From NCBI GenBank assembly GCA_963693365.1, contig CAVNZM010000002.1:3860259-3924258 (forward strand): a stretch of 64,000 bases of DNA, in the 5' to 3' direction. Made by a program: the position numbers and the translations under genes. Below the pieces are notes generated by a model that did not search any database, was not told the DNA's origin, and saw only the letters and a list, made by a program, of their open reading frames with translations. Below, one piece after another: positions 17,816-31,008 of this stretch. Position 1 is the first letter of the stretch. Every line of letters starts with the position of its first letter. Origin of the DNA: Amoebidium appalachense (taxonomy: Eukaryota; Protista; Ichthyosporea).

Positions 17816-19336
17816 AAAAAAAAAAAAAAAAGGAAGTTCAACGAAAAAAACATTGGATGCGTGGAAAAGAGACTGGCCATAATCATGCGCACGCGCGGCC
17901 GCGGGGTGGGGGCGAGGGTGGGGTGGGGGGTGGGGGGAGGGGGGGGGGGGGGGGGGGGGGGGAGGGGGGAGGCCCACTATCCCACTCGTCCACTGGCAGG
18001 TGGGTCCCTCCCCCCTTCCCCCCCCCCCCCCCCCCCCCCCTGACCCACCCACCCCAGCGACTACATTGACCCACCCACCCCAGCGACCACATTAGGGATG
18101 GGTGGCCCGGGTGGGGGTTGGGGGGGGGGAGGGGGGGTCGTCCGCCCCGTCGACGTCCGCAGGGGGGGATGGAGGTACCATCAGGGGGGACGTCGATATT
18201 TCACCCCCCCCCACCCCCCACCCCCCATCCCCCCACCCCCCACCCATTTCGACTTCAAAAATCCCTGAAAATCCATACACACGGTCTGCTTGTGGCACGT
18301 ATGCACACATGATGATGCTTGTGTGTGTGCATGTATGCGTGTGTGTCACACGGTGTGTGTGTGTCTGTGTGTGTGCGTGTGTGTGTGTATGTGTGTGTTC
18401 GTGTGTGTGTGCGTGTGTGTATATGTGTGCCTCTCTCTGCGTGTCTCTATATGTGTGTGTGTGCGTGTTCGTGTGTTTGTGTGTATATGTTGTCTGTGTG
18501 TGTGTGTGTGTGTGCGTTTGATTTAATACCACATGTGTGCGTGTATGTGCGTGCGTGCGTGCGTGCTTGCGTGCGTGCGTGCGTGCGTGCGTGCGCGTGT
18601 GCGTGTGTGTGCGTGCGTATGCGTGCGTTTGTGTGTGTGTGTGCGCGTGTGTGCTTGCGCCTAAGCGTGTGTGTGTGGCGTGCACCGCGGCCATCACATG
18701 CTTAGGCTAATAGCGCAGAAAATAAACGGATTGTGAGCCCAAACTATAATAGTACCCCAACTTCCCAGGGACTGGATTCGAATGGGCCCGTGTTCCACCA
18801 TGCAGTCACATCAAGCCACCATGTACATGCATGTGTATTTGTACATATCTTCTTTTTAGCCTCCCTTGCTGCAAGTGTTACTTTGCCGACGGAGGGACGC
18901 GATGTAAGTGTAGACATAAGCGTGGCTGATCACTGACTGGCAAGCGTGGCGGCAAGTCCAGGTTGGAATAAGAGAAGAGAAGAGAAGAGAGTAGAGTGAA
19001 TAACTCCGGGGAGTAAACCTGCCGCACCAATCAAAATCGGTTTTCGCAGATCTATTTGGGAGTATTCATGAATCTATTGAAGATATTTGCGTATGTGATT
19101 GGGTAGTTGTGCTTGCATTCAACTATCAGAGGGCTGGATCATGAACTCCCCATAGGCGTACTGCAAAAAGTAAACAAAAAGGTGACATATATGGCCATTT
19201 TGCTGTTTTTTTTTCTTTTTCGAATTTTCCCCATGTGAATGCTTTAAGAGTGTTTGCTAATAGACAATGAATCGCTTCTTACTCATGTATTCCTTACACG
19301 ATTGCAACGCGGCAACATCATTGGCCGCAATGCTGG

Positions 19337-19636
19337 GGATCCCCCAAACCTCATATGTGTGGGGCTAGTCGTCTGTGTGTAACAGCGGATTTACGACTAT
19401 CCCTTCGGGAGTTGGGCTACGCAAAATTCCGTTACAGACATAGAACTGGATGTGGTCCTACATATAGCTAAAATCAATAATCTTACACTAAAAAGGGGGA
19501 TTCTGGTAAAACAAAGCTCCCTTTTCCGTAGTTACTAGTTACATGCTGTTACACATACGGAAATGGGGTCTCAAATTCCCGTGAGCATGGTTACACACAA
19601 ACGACCAGCCCCACAATAGGAAGGTTTGGGGGATCC
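19337..19636. mobile_element. MITE (~300 bp)
   Basis: Imperfect ~47-bp inverted termini GGATCCCCCAAACCT...TGTGGGGCT(A/G)GTCGT(C/T)TGTGTGTAAC. Degenerate flanking duplication atgctgg(g)/atgccgg(g). Confidence 0.75.
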
Positions 19637-20045
19637 ATGCCGGGAACACGTTAGCCAATCCGATGGCTAGCCTAGTGTCATAATCGCATTCCTAACTGTT
19701 CATGCTAGAAATTCTCATGAAGCAAACGAAACACCAGGCTAGGGAAAAAGTATAAAGACGCCAGACTTCAGTTGCTTACAGATATTTTTGGACTCTTTTC
19801 AAATTATAATGTTGCAAGTGCACAGTTACAGGGTTTATGCTTTCTAAAACCTAACTTTTCACTAACCAAAATATACACATTACATACGTGCAAGAAATCA
19901 GTATACCAAAGTGCAGTGTGCTAACATTTTACCTGCTTTTTTGACTCATTCGTATTTCACGGATATTCAACATATGAACTGAACATAACACACGAACACA
20001 TATCAACAAAACAACCTCCCCCAAAGAGACATACCTACCACGAAA

Positions 20046-20793
20046 ATGCATTTCACAAAAGCACTCAAGCGAAGCTTCAGGGGCAAAAGCCATTCCGACT
20101 CCAACGGCACCCAAGCATCCGAAATTTCGTCGAATCTTTCGAATAATCCCCATCTCAACGACACACCACTAGTGAGCGGGCAAACAAAACTACGCGAAAC
20201 ACCAACGCAACAGCAGAAAAACGTTGCCCAGCGGGCACTTACAGCGGAGGAAAAGCAAGTTTTGCGCAAAGTCCAAAGCCAGCCAGTGCAAATGGTACCC
20301 ATGAGCGATTTCGAAAAATGACGCCGAGGAAGCCGTTGATAAAGCTGTGAGCAGTAGGGTAACAGTGACTTTTCACGTCTATGAAAACACTGCAGTGATG
20401 GTCGCCGCGGTTCCAGGGCACGATGTGCAAAAGGTTAGGGAAATTGAAGACTTGCTCACTGGTTTCGGCGACGAAAAGAATTCTCGACCCTACTTGAAAG
20501 CCAGCTCGAAAGATGCACAAGAGGGTCGGTGCAGCGTTGTGCAAGAGGTGAAAATCAAGCATTTCGATTTGCACACAGTGAAAAAGAACAGCAAGCACAG
20601 GGTGTACGAGGCAAGGAGGAAGCATTGTAACGGCAAAGTCTCCCAGGGTAAAGTGTTACAGTTTAGTGTGGATGTAGGTGATGGAGCCGACGGGGAGAAC
20701 TGGGCCCTTGTGAGATGGCTCGATGCAAGGGCAGGCGAAAGTGGGACCACTAACTCGCTGGATATTTTGCGTAGAAGAGGAACGGTTCATTAG
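20046..20793 (+). CDS. Intronless hypothetical protein (~248 aa) split by a 1-nt frameshift at 20313-20321; paralog of 41981-42901
   Basis: ORF 20046-20321 ends GAA AAA TGA. The +1 frame continues open from 20320 (GAC GCC GAG...) to 20793. Sequence is complex and repeat-free. It shares DAE..., T..F.V and VD......N..L..WLDA[RK]A motifs with ORF 41981-42901. Confidence 0.65.
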
Positions 20794-21610
20794 CGTGAGC
20801 TGTGAAGGCCGCTTACGCGATTAGATGTTACAATAGTTGTGAGCCTCTGGGCAAGTAGCAAGTTGGCTGTGTCGATAATAAGCAAGTCGTTGTACTTATA
20901 TATATACTCGTCCTGTATTATATATGTAGACTTTCTGTAAGTAGGAAGCAGGTGCCTTCCTGTGTTCATAAAGTTTACGCCAGTGTAGAACTGTCTGTAA
21001 GCCAGGTTTGCGGTTGTATGGCTACTGCGAAAAGTTTCTGTAGGTAGGAGATGGTTTTTACGCCTCAGGATCAGTGATCCGGCTGCTTTAACAATAAGAG
21101 GCTCCTTGATACCAAACGGTTTACTCTTATCCTTCTTGTACAGTCGCAGCTACTTTACGTTATTGAATATTTAGAGATCATTCCAGCATCTTTGCTTTCT
21201 CCCCCCCCCCCTCCCCCCCCTCCCCCCCCCCCCCCCCCCCCCCGCCCCTCCCCCCGGCCCCGCACACACACACACACGCCCTTGCCCTGCTCTAGCCCCT
21301 TCCCCCTCCCTCCCTTTTTCCCTCCCGTGGCCTCCCCTTCCTCCGGTCCCCCCCCCCTCCCCCTCCCCCCTCCTCCTCCTCTCACCTGCCTTCCACCCAC
21401 TCCTGTCCTTGTCAACACAAGTCTACAGCTGAGTCCGACCGACAGCATCGAGGTTCCGGTCCGAGCCCTCAGGCTCCCGGTCCTCGGTTCAAACTGAGCA
21501 TCATGATCGAAGTCATGAGCTGGTGTTCAAAACGGGGGTCACATGAGGTCAAGAGACTCAAGATAACCAAATTAGGTAAATTCAATGCCGCCGGCCCATT
21601 TAACGATAGC

Positions 21611-21684
21611 AACCAATCAGCTCATTTGCACATTACGACATCCAATCAGGTCGTTGGAATGTGTGGCGTTTGTTTTTATAATTA
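21611..21684 (+). promoter_or_regulatory. Candidate promoter of the S28 peptidase: two CCAAT boxes and a TATA-like element
   Basis: AACCAATCAG at 21611, TCCAATCAG at 21641 and TTTTATAATT near 21674, 130-200 nt upstream of the ATG at 21810. Confidence 0.35.
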
Positions 21685-21809
21685 GGCGCCGCAGTTTTCA
21701 AACCGGCAAAACAAAGCGTCGCAATCCTCCCCTCCACACTCCAAAGTTGAACTTCCACACCCTATTCTTTTATCCATATCAAGTCTCCATATTTTAAAAG
21801 AAAAGAAAA

Positions 21810-22886
21810 ATGCGTGCTCTGGAGCTAGTCGCTTCGGCGACCCTGTTTCTCTGCCCGATGGTCTCCGGTCTGGGTGTTTATGAGCATAGGGACAGCATGA
21901 TGAACAGAGGATTAAACCTGAGGGGTGGCGAGGTTGCCCCGGACGCTAACGGGTATCCCTTCCGTTGGTTTAACCAAAAGCTGGATCACTCAGATCCGGA
22001 GATACCCGTAACCTTCCGTCAGGTCTGCCTGCTCCACCCCCCCCCCCCCCCCCCCGCCCCTCCCCCTTCTTCTCCCCCCCCTCCCCCCCCTTTCCCCCCC
22101 ACTCTCCATCCTGGTCCCTGCCCCCCTCCCTCCCTCCTCCCCTCCCTCCCTCCCCTCCCCCCCCGTCCCCCCTCCGCCCTCGTCCGACACACACTCACTA
22201 CAAACCCGCACGCTCAAAATACATAGTTTGCTCTCTCCAAAGATTTTAACCCAAATACACACACTCTCCGCTATCTCATTGTACCATTCATTGCCTTCGA
22301 CCTCCTATGTACGACCCATTACCAGCAAAGTAGTGAAGGCGTACAGCCCCCCTCATATCCCCTTAACCCCCCCCTCACGCCCCCCTCCCTCGAGCTTTCA
22401 GTCATCCCCCCCTCACGCCCCCCTCCCTCGAGCTGTCAGTCATTTCCTCAGCGCAAAAAAGTCGAATGTGACGGTCGTTTGTGAGTCAAGTTGTGTTTTT
22501 GCTCTTGCCTTGAGATCATATCGCACATAACTTCTACGGCCTGTTATGTATTGACGTTAGTGGCTCATGTTACGTTGTGTCACGCCCACAGCGGTATCAA
22601 GTGAACCAAACATGGGCCAAGCCGGGGGGACCAGCCTTCCTTATGTTGGGTGGGGAGGGGCCCATTGCTTCGAAGTGGCTGCAGACAGACACCATGTTGA
22701 TGCTTTATGCACAGCACCACGGTGCAAGCGTGTTTCAGATCGAGCATAGGTTCTACGGTGAAACACAGGTGTGGGTGTGGGTGTGGTTGTGGGTGTGGGT
22801 GTGTCTGTGTGTCTGTGTGTGTGTGTGCGTGTGTCTGTGTTTGTGTGTGTGTGTGGGGGGGGGGGGGGGGGGGGGGGCATGTGTGG

Positions 22887-22936
<50 letters not shown>

Positions 22937-23015
22937 CCGCGCACCCGTGTGTGTGTGTGTGTATGTGTGGGTGGGTGCGTGTGTAGGTGGTGGGTGAGTG
23001 TGTTTTGTGTGTGTT

Positions 23016-23050
<35 letters not shown>

Positions 23051-23703
23051 GGGGGGGGGGCGGGGTGGAGAGATGTTGTGCATCTATGTAGTGGTGTACG
23101 TGCTTCGGTTGTGCGAATGCTTGTGCTAGCGCTTGGGTATGTACACACTGGCGTGTGTAATAACGTTACGTACGAGGCGTGGTCACCTCTACTTGCGTGT
23201 GTGTTGGAGTTAAGGTGGTGCACGAATGGTGGGTGATGGACTCCTTATGTATGTGTGTTTTCATAAGGCTGTGGTCGTTCTAACACTTCTCCGCCAATCG
23301 TATTTTTCCAACATGTGTTTCACATATCACACCCAAGCACATAGGCACACATAATCTCACATAACACCGTAACTCCCTAACTCCCCCCCTCCCTCTCCCC
23401 CCCCCCCCCTCCCCCAAAAAAAACGCACTCGTGGCAAGAATCCCCTCCCCCCCCCCCTCCCCCCCCCCCTCCCCCGGGGGCCATATACACACAGCCGTTT
23501 GGAGACATGGACACCCCCAACCTCCACTACCTCACTAGTCAGCAGGCCCTGGCGGACGCTGTTCGTTTTATAATGTGGGCGACCAATGGGGACGCTCCGT
23601 TTGGTTTAAATTCAGACACTAAATGGATCGTGTTTGGGGGGTCGTATTCCGGTGCTTTGGCTGCTTGGATGAGGCTCAAATATCCACACCTGGTCACGGG
23701 CGC

Positions 23704-23740
<37 letters not shown>

Positions 23741-23744
23741 TGCA

Positions 23745-23814
<70 letters not shown>

Positions 23815-24271
23815 TGTGCCCCATGTGTGTGTGCTCGTGTTCAAACTCGGGTACGGTGGTTGACACCCCCCCCCCCCCCCCCCCCCCCCCCCAAACACCG
23901 CGGAGGTTGGACCCTACATACTTAGGTTGCGTACTGCACTCTATATTTGTGTTCGCAAAATTTGTTTAGTGCTGCCCATCGGTGAATGTGTTCATCGTAT
24001 CTTACAACACATTCCAACTCCTCCATTGCCCCCTCCCCCCTCCTTCCCCCCCCATCCTGCTTGCCTTCCATGCTGCCCACACAAACACACACACATCCTT
24101 TTACCTAACAGTAAAACTCCTTTTTTTTTCCACAGTTGCATCATCTGCACCCGTCAATGCCAAACTGGACTTCAAGGAATACATGGAGGTAATACAGGAT
24201 GCACTCCTCACAACAAAGAACGGCACTGCTTGTGTCTCAGAAGTCAGGAATGGTAACCTCCCCCCCCCCCC

Positions 24272-24302
<31 letters not shown>

Positions 24303-24316
24303 ACGCACACGACACA

Positions 24317-24360
<44 letters not shown>

Positions 24361-25284
24361 AACACTCCCCCCCCCCCCTTCTCTCTCTTTATCTCTCTCT
24401 CTTTCTTTCCCCCCCCCCCCCCTCCTTCTCCTTCCCCACCTCCCCCCCCTCCCGCCCCTCTCTTTCTCTCTCTCTCTCTCTCTTTCTCCCCCCATTCCCC
24501 CCCCGTCTCTCGCACTCTCGCCCATGAATGTATGTTTGCGATTCTGAAAGTCCTCTTGGTCTCTTCGAGGTTTTACTCTCTTGAAACACACACAAGCACA
24601 CACATTCGAGCTCCCTCCCCCTCCCCCCTCCTCCCTCCCCCCCCCCAAAATAACCCTTCCTCTCCCTCCCCCCAATTGTTTTCACCGTTTCTAATAGAGA
24701 GTTTTATGTCCTTTGGTCTAAATATGCTGTCCGATTGTACACTCACGGGTCGGGTCGGATCGGATCGGGTCGAATTAGCGTTTGCCAAAGTCGAGGAGTT
24801 GCTGAAGACGGTGGAGGGCCGCAAGATCCTTGAGAAAGTGTTCATGCTGTGTGAGGAGCTGAGGTATCAGCCCCATTCTATTGGCTATTTATCATGCGTA
24901 CTCCGGACTGGACTATTAGTTATCTGCTGGGTGTTTGTCATAGTTAAATTTGACTTGTTTATAAGGATATAGGTTAGTGATCCCCCTCCCCCCCCACCCA
25001 ACAGCTGCCGCCGCAGTTATTTACCCTGGTCGTCTCTGATCAAGACGTGGGTGAAATAACTTTCTGGTTGGGGTTCATTGACGAGGTGTATGGGTTGAAT
25101 TTACTTGCGGGTTGGAGCGAATAAATAACTTTGGCCCCCCTGAGGGATTATTCTAGTGGTAATCTATGCTTCTTGGTGTGTGTGTGCCTCTTCTTGTTAA
25201 ATTATTATTAAGATTTGCAAAGCCTGCATTGAGTTGTCCCGTCGAATAATGTGCTTCGTACTCTGTAAACTAATCTTACCCCCC

Positions 25285-25317
<33 letters not shown>

Positions 25318-25605
25318 CCCTCCGGCCACAAAAAAAAAAAAAAAAAAAAAAAAAAGCACGGAGGTAGACGAGGAGCTAATTCTGGACTCTGCGCAGTTGA
25401 TGCAGCTGCTGGCCACTGCCTTCCAGACCATCGTGCAGTACAACAAGTAGGGATACGTGCACACATACACTTACATGCAGACACTCAAAAACTAGTGCAC
25501 ACACACGTACATACATGCAAACACCCACACAGAAAACAGTGCGCACACACAAAATAGCGCATATGCACACATAATAGTAGACTCGCACATGTACGCAGGC
25601 ACACA

Positions 25606-25636
<31 letters not shown>

Positions 25637-25721
25637 GTACACGCACACTCACATACGCACGTACAATGCATGCACACGCATGCAAACACGCGCACACACT
25701 GACCCAAACACGTGTGCCTGC

Positions 25722-25753
<32 letters not shown>

Positions 25754-26411
25754 CCCTTCCCCCCCTCCCCCCTTCCCCCCCCCCCCCCCCCTCTCTCTCA
25801 TTCTGTCTCCCCCCCTCCCCCCCCCTCCCCCCCCCCCCCCCCCCCGGGCTCCCAACACGGATAAGGACGTGAGAAGCCACTTGCTAAGCCCTTACACATT
25901 TTTCAGGTTTCGATTTTCATTTTTGGCTCGACTTCATAATATCTTAATCTTACGCTTATACTCCTTTCTGCAGTGATAATCGTGACCCTGAGGCCGGCAA
26001 GTTTGTGAACGTAGACCAACTGTGCACGTACATGACAAACACAAGTGGACCAAATATCCTTGAAAAGCTGCAGTTCTTGAATAAACACACACGCGAGGGG
26101 AAGCACGAAAAGTGCCTGGTATGTGTGTGTGGTTGTGGGGGGGGGGGGGGGGAAGGTGTGTGTGTGTTGGGGGAGGGGGGGAAGGGAGAGATGAGGGGGG
26201 GAGTTTGTGTAGGTGTGTGTGTGAGTGAGTGATGAGTGATGTCGGTGCATGTGTGTATGTGGTGCGTGATGTCGGTGCCTGTGTGTGTATGGTGCGTGTG
26301 TCTGTGTGCTCGTGTGTGTGTTGGTATAAGAACTAATCTCCCTGCCCCCTTTCTCTCACAATCGGGATTTTTTTCCTTCTTATTTTGCCTTCTTTCCCCT
26401 CTCTCGTTTTT

Positions 26412-26461
<50 letters not shown>

Positions 26462-28421
26462 TGTGCGTGTGTGTGTGCGTGTGCGTGTTTTTGGGGGGGG
26501 GGGTTGGAGGGGGGGGGGGGGGGGGGGATCTGGCAGGGGGAGGACCTGAAAGTATATGCTGCATGCATCCAAGTAGGTGCAAACAGACATTCAACTTGTG
26601 ACTTTATTGACTTACCACATTCTTTGCCGTGTGCGGCTGTACACTGGCCTCCCTTCCCCCCTCTTCCCCCCCACCTGCCCGTCCACCTTAACCACAGGCA
26701 CACACCAAAGTTTTTTATCATACTGGCACACACACACACACACACACACACATCTAATTTTAGGATGTCAGCTACCGTACCTCCGTTGATGAACTCAGAG
26801 ACATCTCCCTCCCCGACAAGTACATGAGAGCCTGGACGTGGCAGACTTGCAACGAGTTTGGTTACTTCCAGGTGTGTGCTTGGCGCCACATACTCCCAAA
26901 AAACATACACACATGTGTGTGTGTGTGTGCACGCGCACACACTGAAAGGGGAGGCAGGGCGGGGAGGGGGAGGGGGGGGGGGGGGGGGAAGAGTGATATG
27001 GATAGAGAGGGAGAGTGAGGGAGAGTGAGCGTGTGTGTGTGTGATATGTGTGAGGTAGAGGTGGGGGTTGGGGAGAGTGGGGGGGGTAAAGAGAGAGGGA
27101 GGAAAGGGAGGGAGGGGGGAGAACACACCAAGACACACACACACAGAGGGGCCAAAAAAAAAAAAAAGAAGAAGCCCGTCATCGCCATCACCGGCACAGG
27201 CAACGGACCAGACATTCGACTATTGTCTCTAACCATCTACGATGCTCGCACTGAAAACGGCCTCCAATCAGATCAAAGACAGGCTTTTGCGATACGGCGC
27301 GGCTCGAATTAGGAAATAAATTTTGCTTCGCTCAGGATTCCTGGGAGCCGGCCAAGATTAAAATCAGGCCGCCATCCAATCGTATCGCGAGTTCTGCCCT
27401 GTTCTGATTGGAGGCCGTTTTCGGTGCAGGCATTGTATTTCGCCACCATATGTTCGTTGCCCTTTATAGCTTAAGTTTGATTTTTTTGGGAGGAAAAAAA
27501 AATCCCCCCTGCAGACCACGGACTCCGATGACAGCAAGCAGCCCTTCGGCCACCTCTTCCCAGTCACACTTTTCACCAAATTGTGCAAGGACGTGTTTGG
27601 GGTCTCCAACGTGAGGTGTGCTACCCCCCTCCCCCCCCCCCCCCCCCCCCTTCTCCCCCTTCCCCACTCCCCCCCCCTTCCCTGCGTTTCCATTTGCCCT
27701 GCGTCCCCCTGCCGATGTGGATACTCTTTCGTGGGTCCGGTAGTGTTTATTCAGACGCAACATGCTTTTTGCCATGTGTGTTTGTGTACGTCAGATATCA
27801 TGTCTCCTCTCTGTCTCTCTCTCTGTCTCTCTGTGTGTCCCTTTCCTCCCTTCCTCTCTCCCTCTCTTCCTCGCTCCCTCTCTCTCTCTCTCTCTCCCTC
27901 CCCCTCCTCCTTCTCCCCCTCTCTCCTCTCTCTGCCGTCTCTCCCTCCTCTCCTTCCTCCCGGTCCTTCTCTCTCTTCTCCCAAGCCACCCCCGTCTCTC
28001 TCTCTCTCTCTCTCTCCCCCCCCCCCCCCCCCCCCCCCTCTTATTCATCTCTCATACTTGCTTTCCTTGCCTGTGAACGATTGTATCTCTTCCTTGCCCC
28101 CTCTCTGTCTCAAGGCATATACATATACGTGTATGCCTTTTATGCGTCATACGGCGTACAGAAGATTTGATAGTGATCTGTGTTTACGTGCACCTTTTTT
28201 TTCAAGTTCTCTGTTAATATGCTGTATACATCTGTGTGCGGGCTCCTGTTTGCACCCACAACCCTACTATAGATTCATCGGTGTCTGCAAACACACACAC
28301 TGACCCCCCCCCCCCCCCCCCCCTTCCCCCACCCACCCACCCAAACACACACACACACACACACAGTGACTCTCATACCTGCAATTATACAAACACCACC
28401 ACACTCAACACGAACACAAAA

Positions 28422-28458
<37 letters not shown>

Positions 28459-29023
28459 GACAACATACTCCGTACCCTCACCTATTATGGTGGTCTTCGT
28501 ATTGCCCAAGTTTCCTCCAACATCGTTTTCCCCAACGGCAGTCTGGGTTAGTATAAATCCCCCTCCCCTCCCCCCCCCCCCCCCCCCTCCCCCTCCCTGG
28601 CGGGCGCAGAGGATGGGTTCTACTTAAGAGGCATAATTTTTTGGTGTGCTCGTTTTAAGCACTGAATTGTGTTGTCCTTGGTGAATGTGTGTGCATACTT
28701 CGTGCTCCATAATACATTCAAAACACCTCCCGCCCCACCCCCTGCTCACTCTCCCTCCTCCCTCCTTCCATTCTACCTCCATCCCTTCCTCCCCTGGGTC
28801 GAAACTGGGGACTGCGCAATTTTCGAGAGGCGCAGACTTTGTTTTTCGTACCGTGCTACCCCTCCTCCTCCTCCCCCCCCCCCCCCCCCCCCCCCCCCCC
28901 ATCTCCGGTCCGCCTTCCCCCCTCTCCCCCCTCCCCCTCCCCCTCCCACCGCTCCACGCTGCTTCTGCTCGTCCTTTGTCTCCCTTGGGCCGTTTCTGCC
29001 GTTTCTCCAACCCCCCTCCCCCC

Positions 29024-29054
<31 letters not shown>

Positions 29055-29636
29055 ACACACACACACCACACACATACACGTGTTGTACACATCCATATGC
29101 GCCACTTCCCTGCCCACATAAACTTACCCGACCCATTCCCCTCACCCTGTCACCCCTTTTCACACCCATAGACATATATGCAAAAACACACACACCGACC
29201 ATGACACACACAGGTACACACACTTAACTACACACACCCTCATGTCCACATACACGCAATTGCACACACACGTACACCTAAACGGACGTACACCCACACG
29301 TACACCACGCCCCCCTCCCCCCCCCCCCCCCCCCCCCCCCCCAACAACAACAAAACACACACACACACAACCCACCCGCCCGCCCACACACACACGCACA
29401 ACCCACCCACCCGTGCGCGCACACACACACGCACACACACACACACACACACAGATCCGTGGCACGTACTCAGTGTTCTCAAGACCGACAACCCCAACAT
29501 AGCCACCATCCTCATAAATGGAACCGCACACTGTGCCGACATGTACGCCCCAGAGCCAAGGGACAAAATCGAACTACGCTGCGCCCGTACGGAAATCGAC
29601 GCGCTAATTGGTCAATGGCTGCTCAACGCCGTGTAG
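21810..29636 (+). CDS. Secreted/lysosomal serine peptidase family S28 (PRSS16/PRCP/DPP7-like), 11 exons
   Basis: Exons 21810-22022, 22592-22768, 23495-23705, 24136-24252, 24779-24863, 25357-25446, 25974-26118, 26764-26871, 27515-27615, 28458-28546, 29455-29636, all phase-consistent. Signal peptide; motifs [36 protein letters not shown] (catalytic Ser), [26 protein letters not shown] and GTAHCADM (His). Confidence 0.93.
23901..24020 (+). repeat. Intron-resident sense-oriented element (S28 intron 3)
   Basis: gaggttggaccctac...cttaggttgcgtact...gcaaaatttgtttagtgctgcccatcggtgaatgtgttcatcgtatcttacaacacattccaac. Confidence 0.65.
25050..25280 (+). repeat. Intron-resident sense-oriented element, long copy (S28 intron 5)
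   Basis: gtgaaataactttctggttggggttcattgacgaggtg...ggccccc..tgaggga...tgcaaagcctgcattgagttgtcccgtcgaataatgtgcttcgtactctgtaaactaat. Confidence 0.75.
27242..27433. mobile_element. Small fold-back/MITE-like element in S28 intron 8
   Basis: Perfect inverted match AAAACGGCCTCCAATCAGA (~27254-27272) / TCTGATTGGAGGCCGTTTT (~27403-27421), extending imperfectly to ~50 bp per arm. No clear TSD. Confidence 0.6.
28609..28728 (+). repeat. Intron-resident sense-oriented element (S28 intron 10)
   Basis: gaggatgggttctacttaagaggcata...ctgaattgtgttgtccttggtgaatgtgtgtgcatacttcgtgctccataatacattcaaaac. Confidence 0.7.
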
Positions 29637-30274
29637 AATAACTTAATTAGGCTTTTTTGATTTATGTCAAAGTATGGATTTATAACATTTGTGTAAAATA
29701 GCCTTATAAGGCTGTTTTGCTTTTTTGAATTTTGTGGATTTGGGCAATGGCAACAAAGCCTGGCCACATCCGCAAGGAAAGATTTGTCGGTAATCTGATT
29801 GAGTAGTGGCTGCTCGTCGCAGCCTGGCAGAGTTGCCTTGTAAGATAATTTTCGAGGTGTGGATTCGGCCAATGGAAACAAAGCCTGGTCATGTTATGAT
29901 GGGGGGATTCGGGGTGTGAGGAAATGGGGGTTTTGTCCGTTAATTTCCTTTGTATCTTTCTGAACCTCTCTCTCTCTCTCTCCCCCCCCCCCCCCCCCCC
30001 CCCCCCCCCCGCTTTTTTTTTCCCCTTTTCATGGCGACCATTTCAATTATGTCCTTTTTTAGGCATTACAGCAATGTGTACAGACGATAGGTGGATTGTG
30101 CAAAGGAATGCTTTTGACGTGCACGGGTGTACCACGAAGCACATCATTTGAACTTGTGTTCGTATCATGGGCTCCCTGCGGTTTCTTTTTCTTTCTATTT
30201 TTTAAAAATTTGTGAAATAAAAAATGATTTGCCAGCTGCATTGCTGCAGTGAGCCGTTGTCTTCACAAGCAAGT

Positions 30275-30308
<34 letters not shown>

Positions 30309-30958
30309 CCCACCTTCCCGTGGGCTTTTCTAATGCAGCCTTCCCCGAACTCCGTCTTCACCAAACCACTCCTGCCTGTGCTTCTCCCTCACCCTGTATC
30401 CCTTCCACCACACACAACGCCTCTCACACAAAGCGTTACTCATTACACACATACACACACTCACAGTCACTCACGCTCAAACACGCGCACAGGTACACAC
30501 ATATTAAAGCGTTACTCATTACGCACACACACACACACACACCGTCACCCCCAAACACATGCACAGCTATAGCTACACACACACACACACACATACACAC
30601 ACACACACAAGCGCGCGCGCGCACGAACACAGTCATGCGCTCGGAGAGGTGTTGTCGTGGGCAGACCCGGTGGCGGGTGTGGGTGGATGGGTGGCGCGGG
30701 TGTGTGTGTGTTTGGGGGAGGGATATGGTGTTTATTGGGGGGAGGAGGGGGGCATGTGAAGAGTAGAGACATAGATTGGACATATTGAAATTCATACGTT
30801 GGGCAACCATTGCATGAGAAAGCATGTGCATGGGGGTTGGTTGGGCTCAGGCACGCAGCCAGTCACAATGGCCAGTTACAAAATTTTACGTCGTCCAACG
30901 ACAACTGAGCATGAAACCTAGTTGTCCACCAACTAGCACGGAGAGGTCCCGGGGGGGG

Positions 30959-30999
<41 letters not shown>

Positions 31000-31008
31000 G
31001 AAAAAAGA

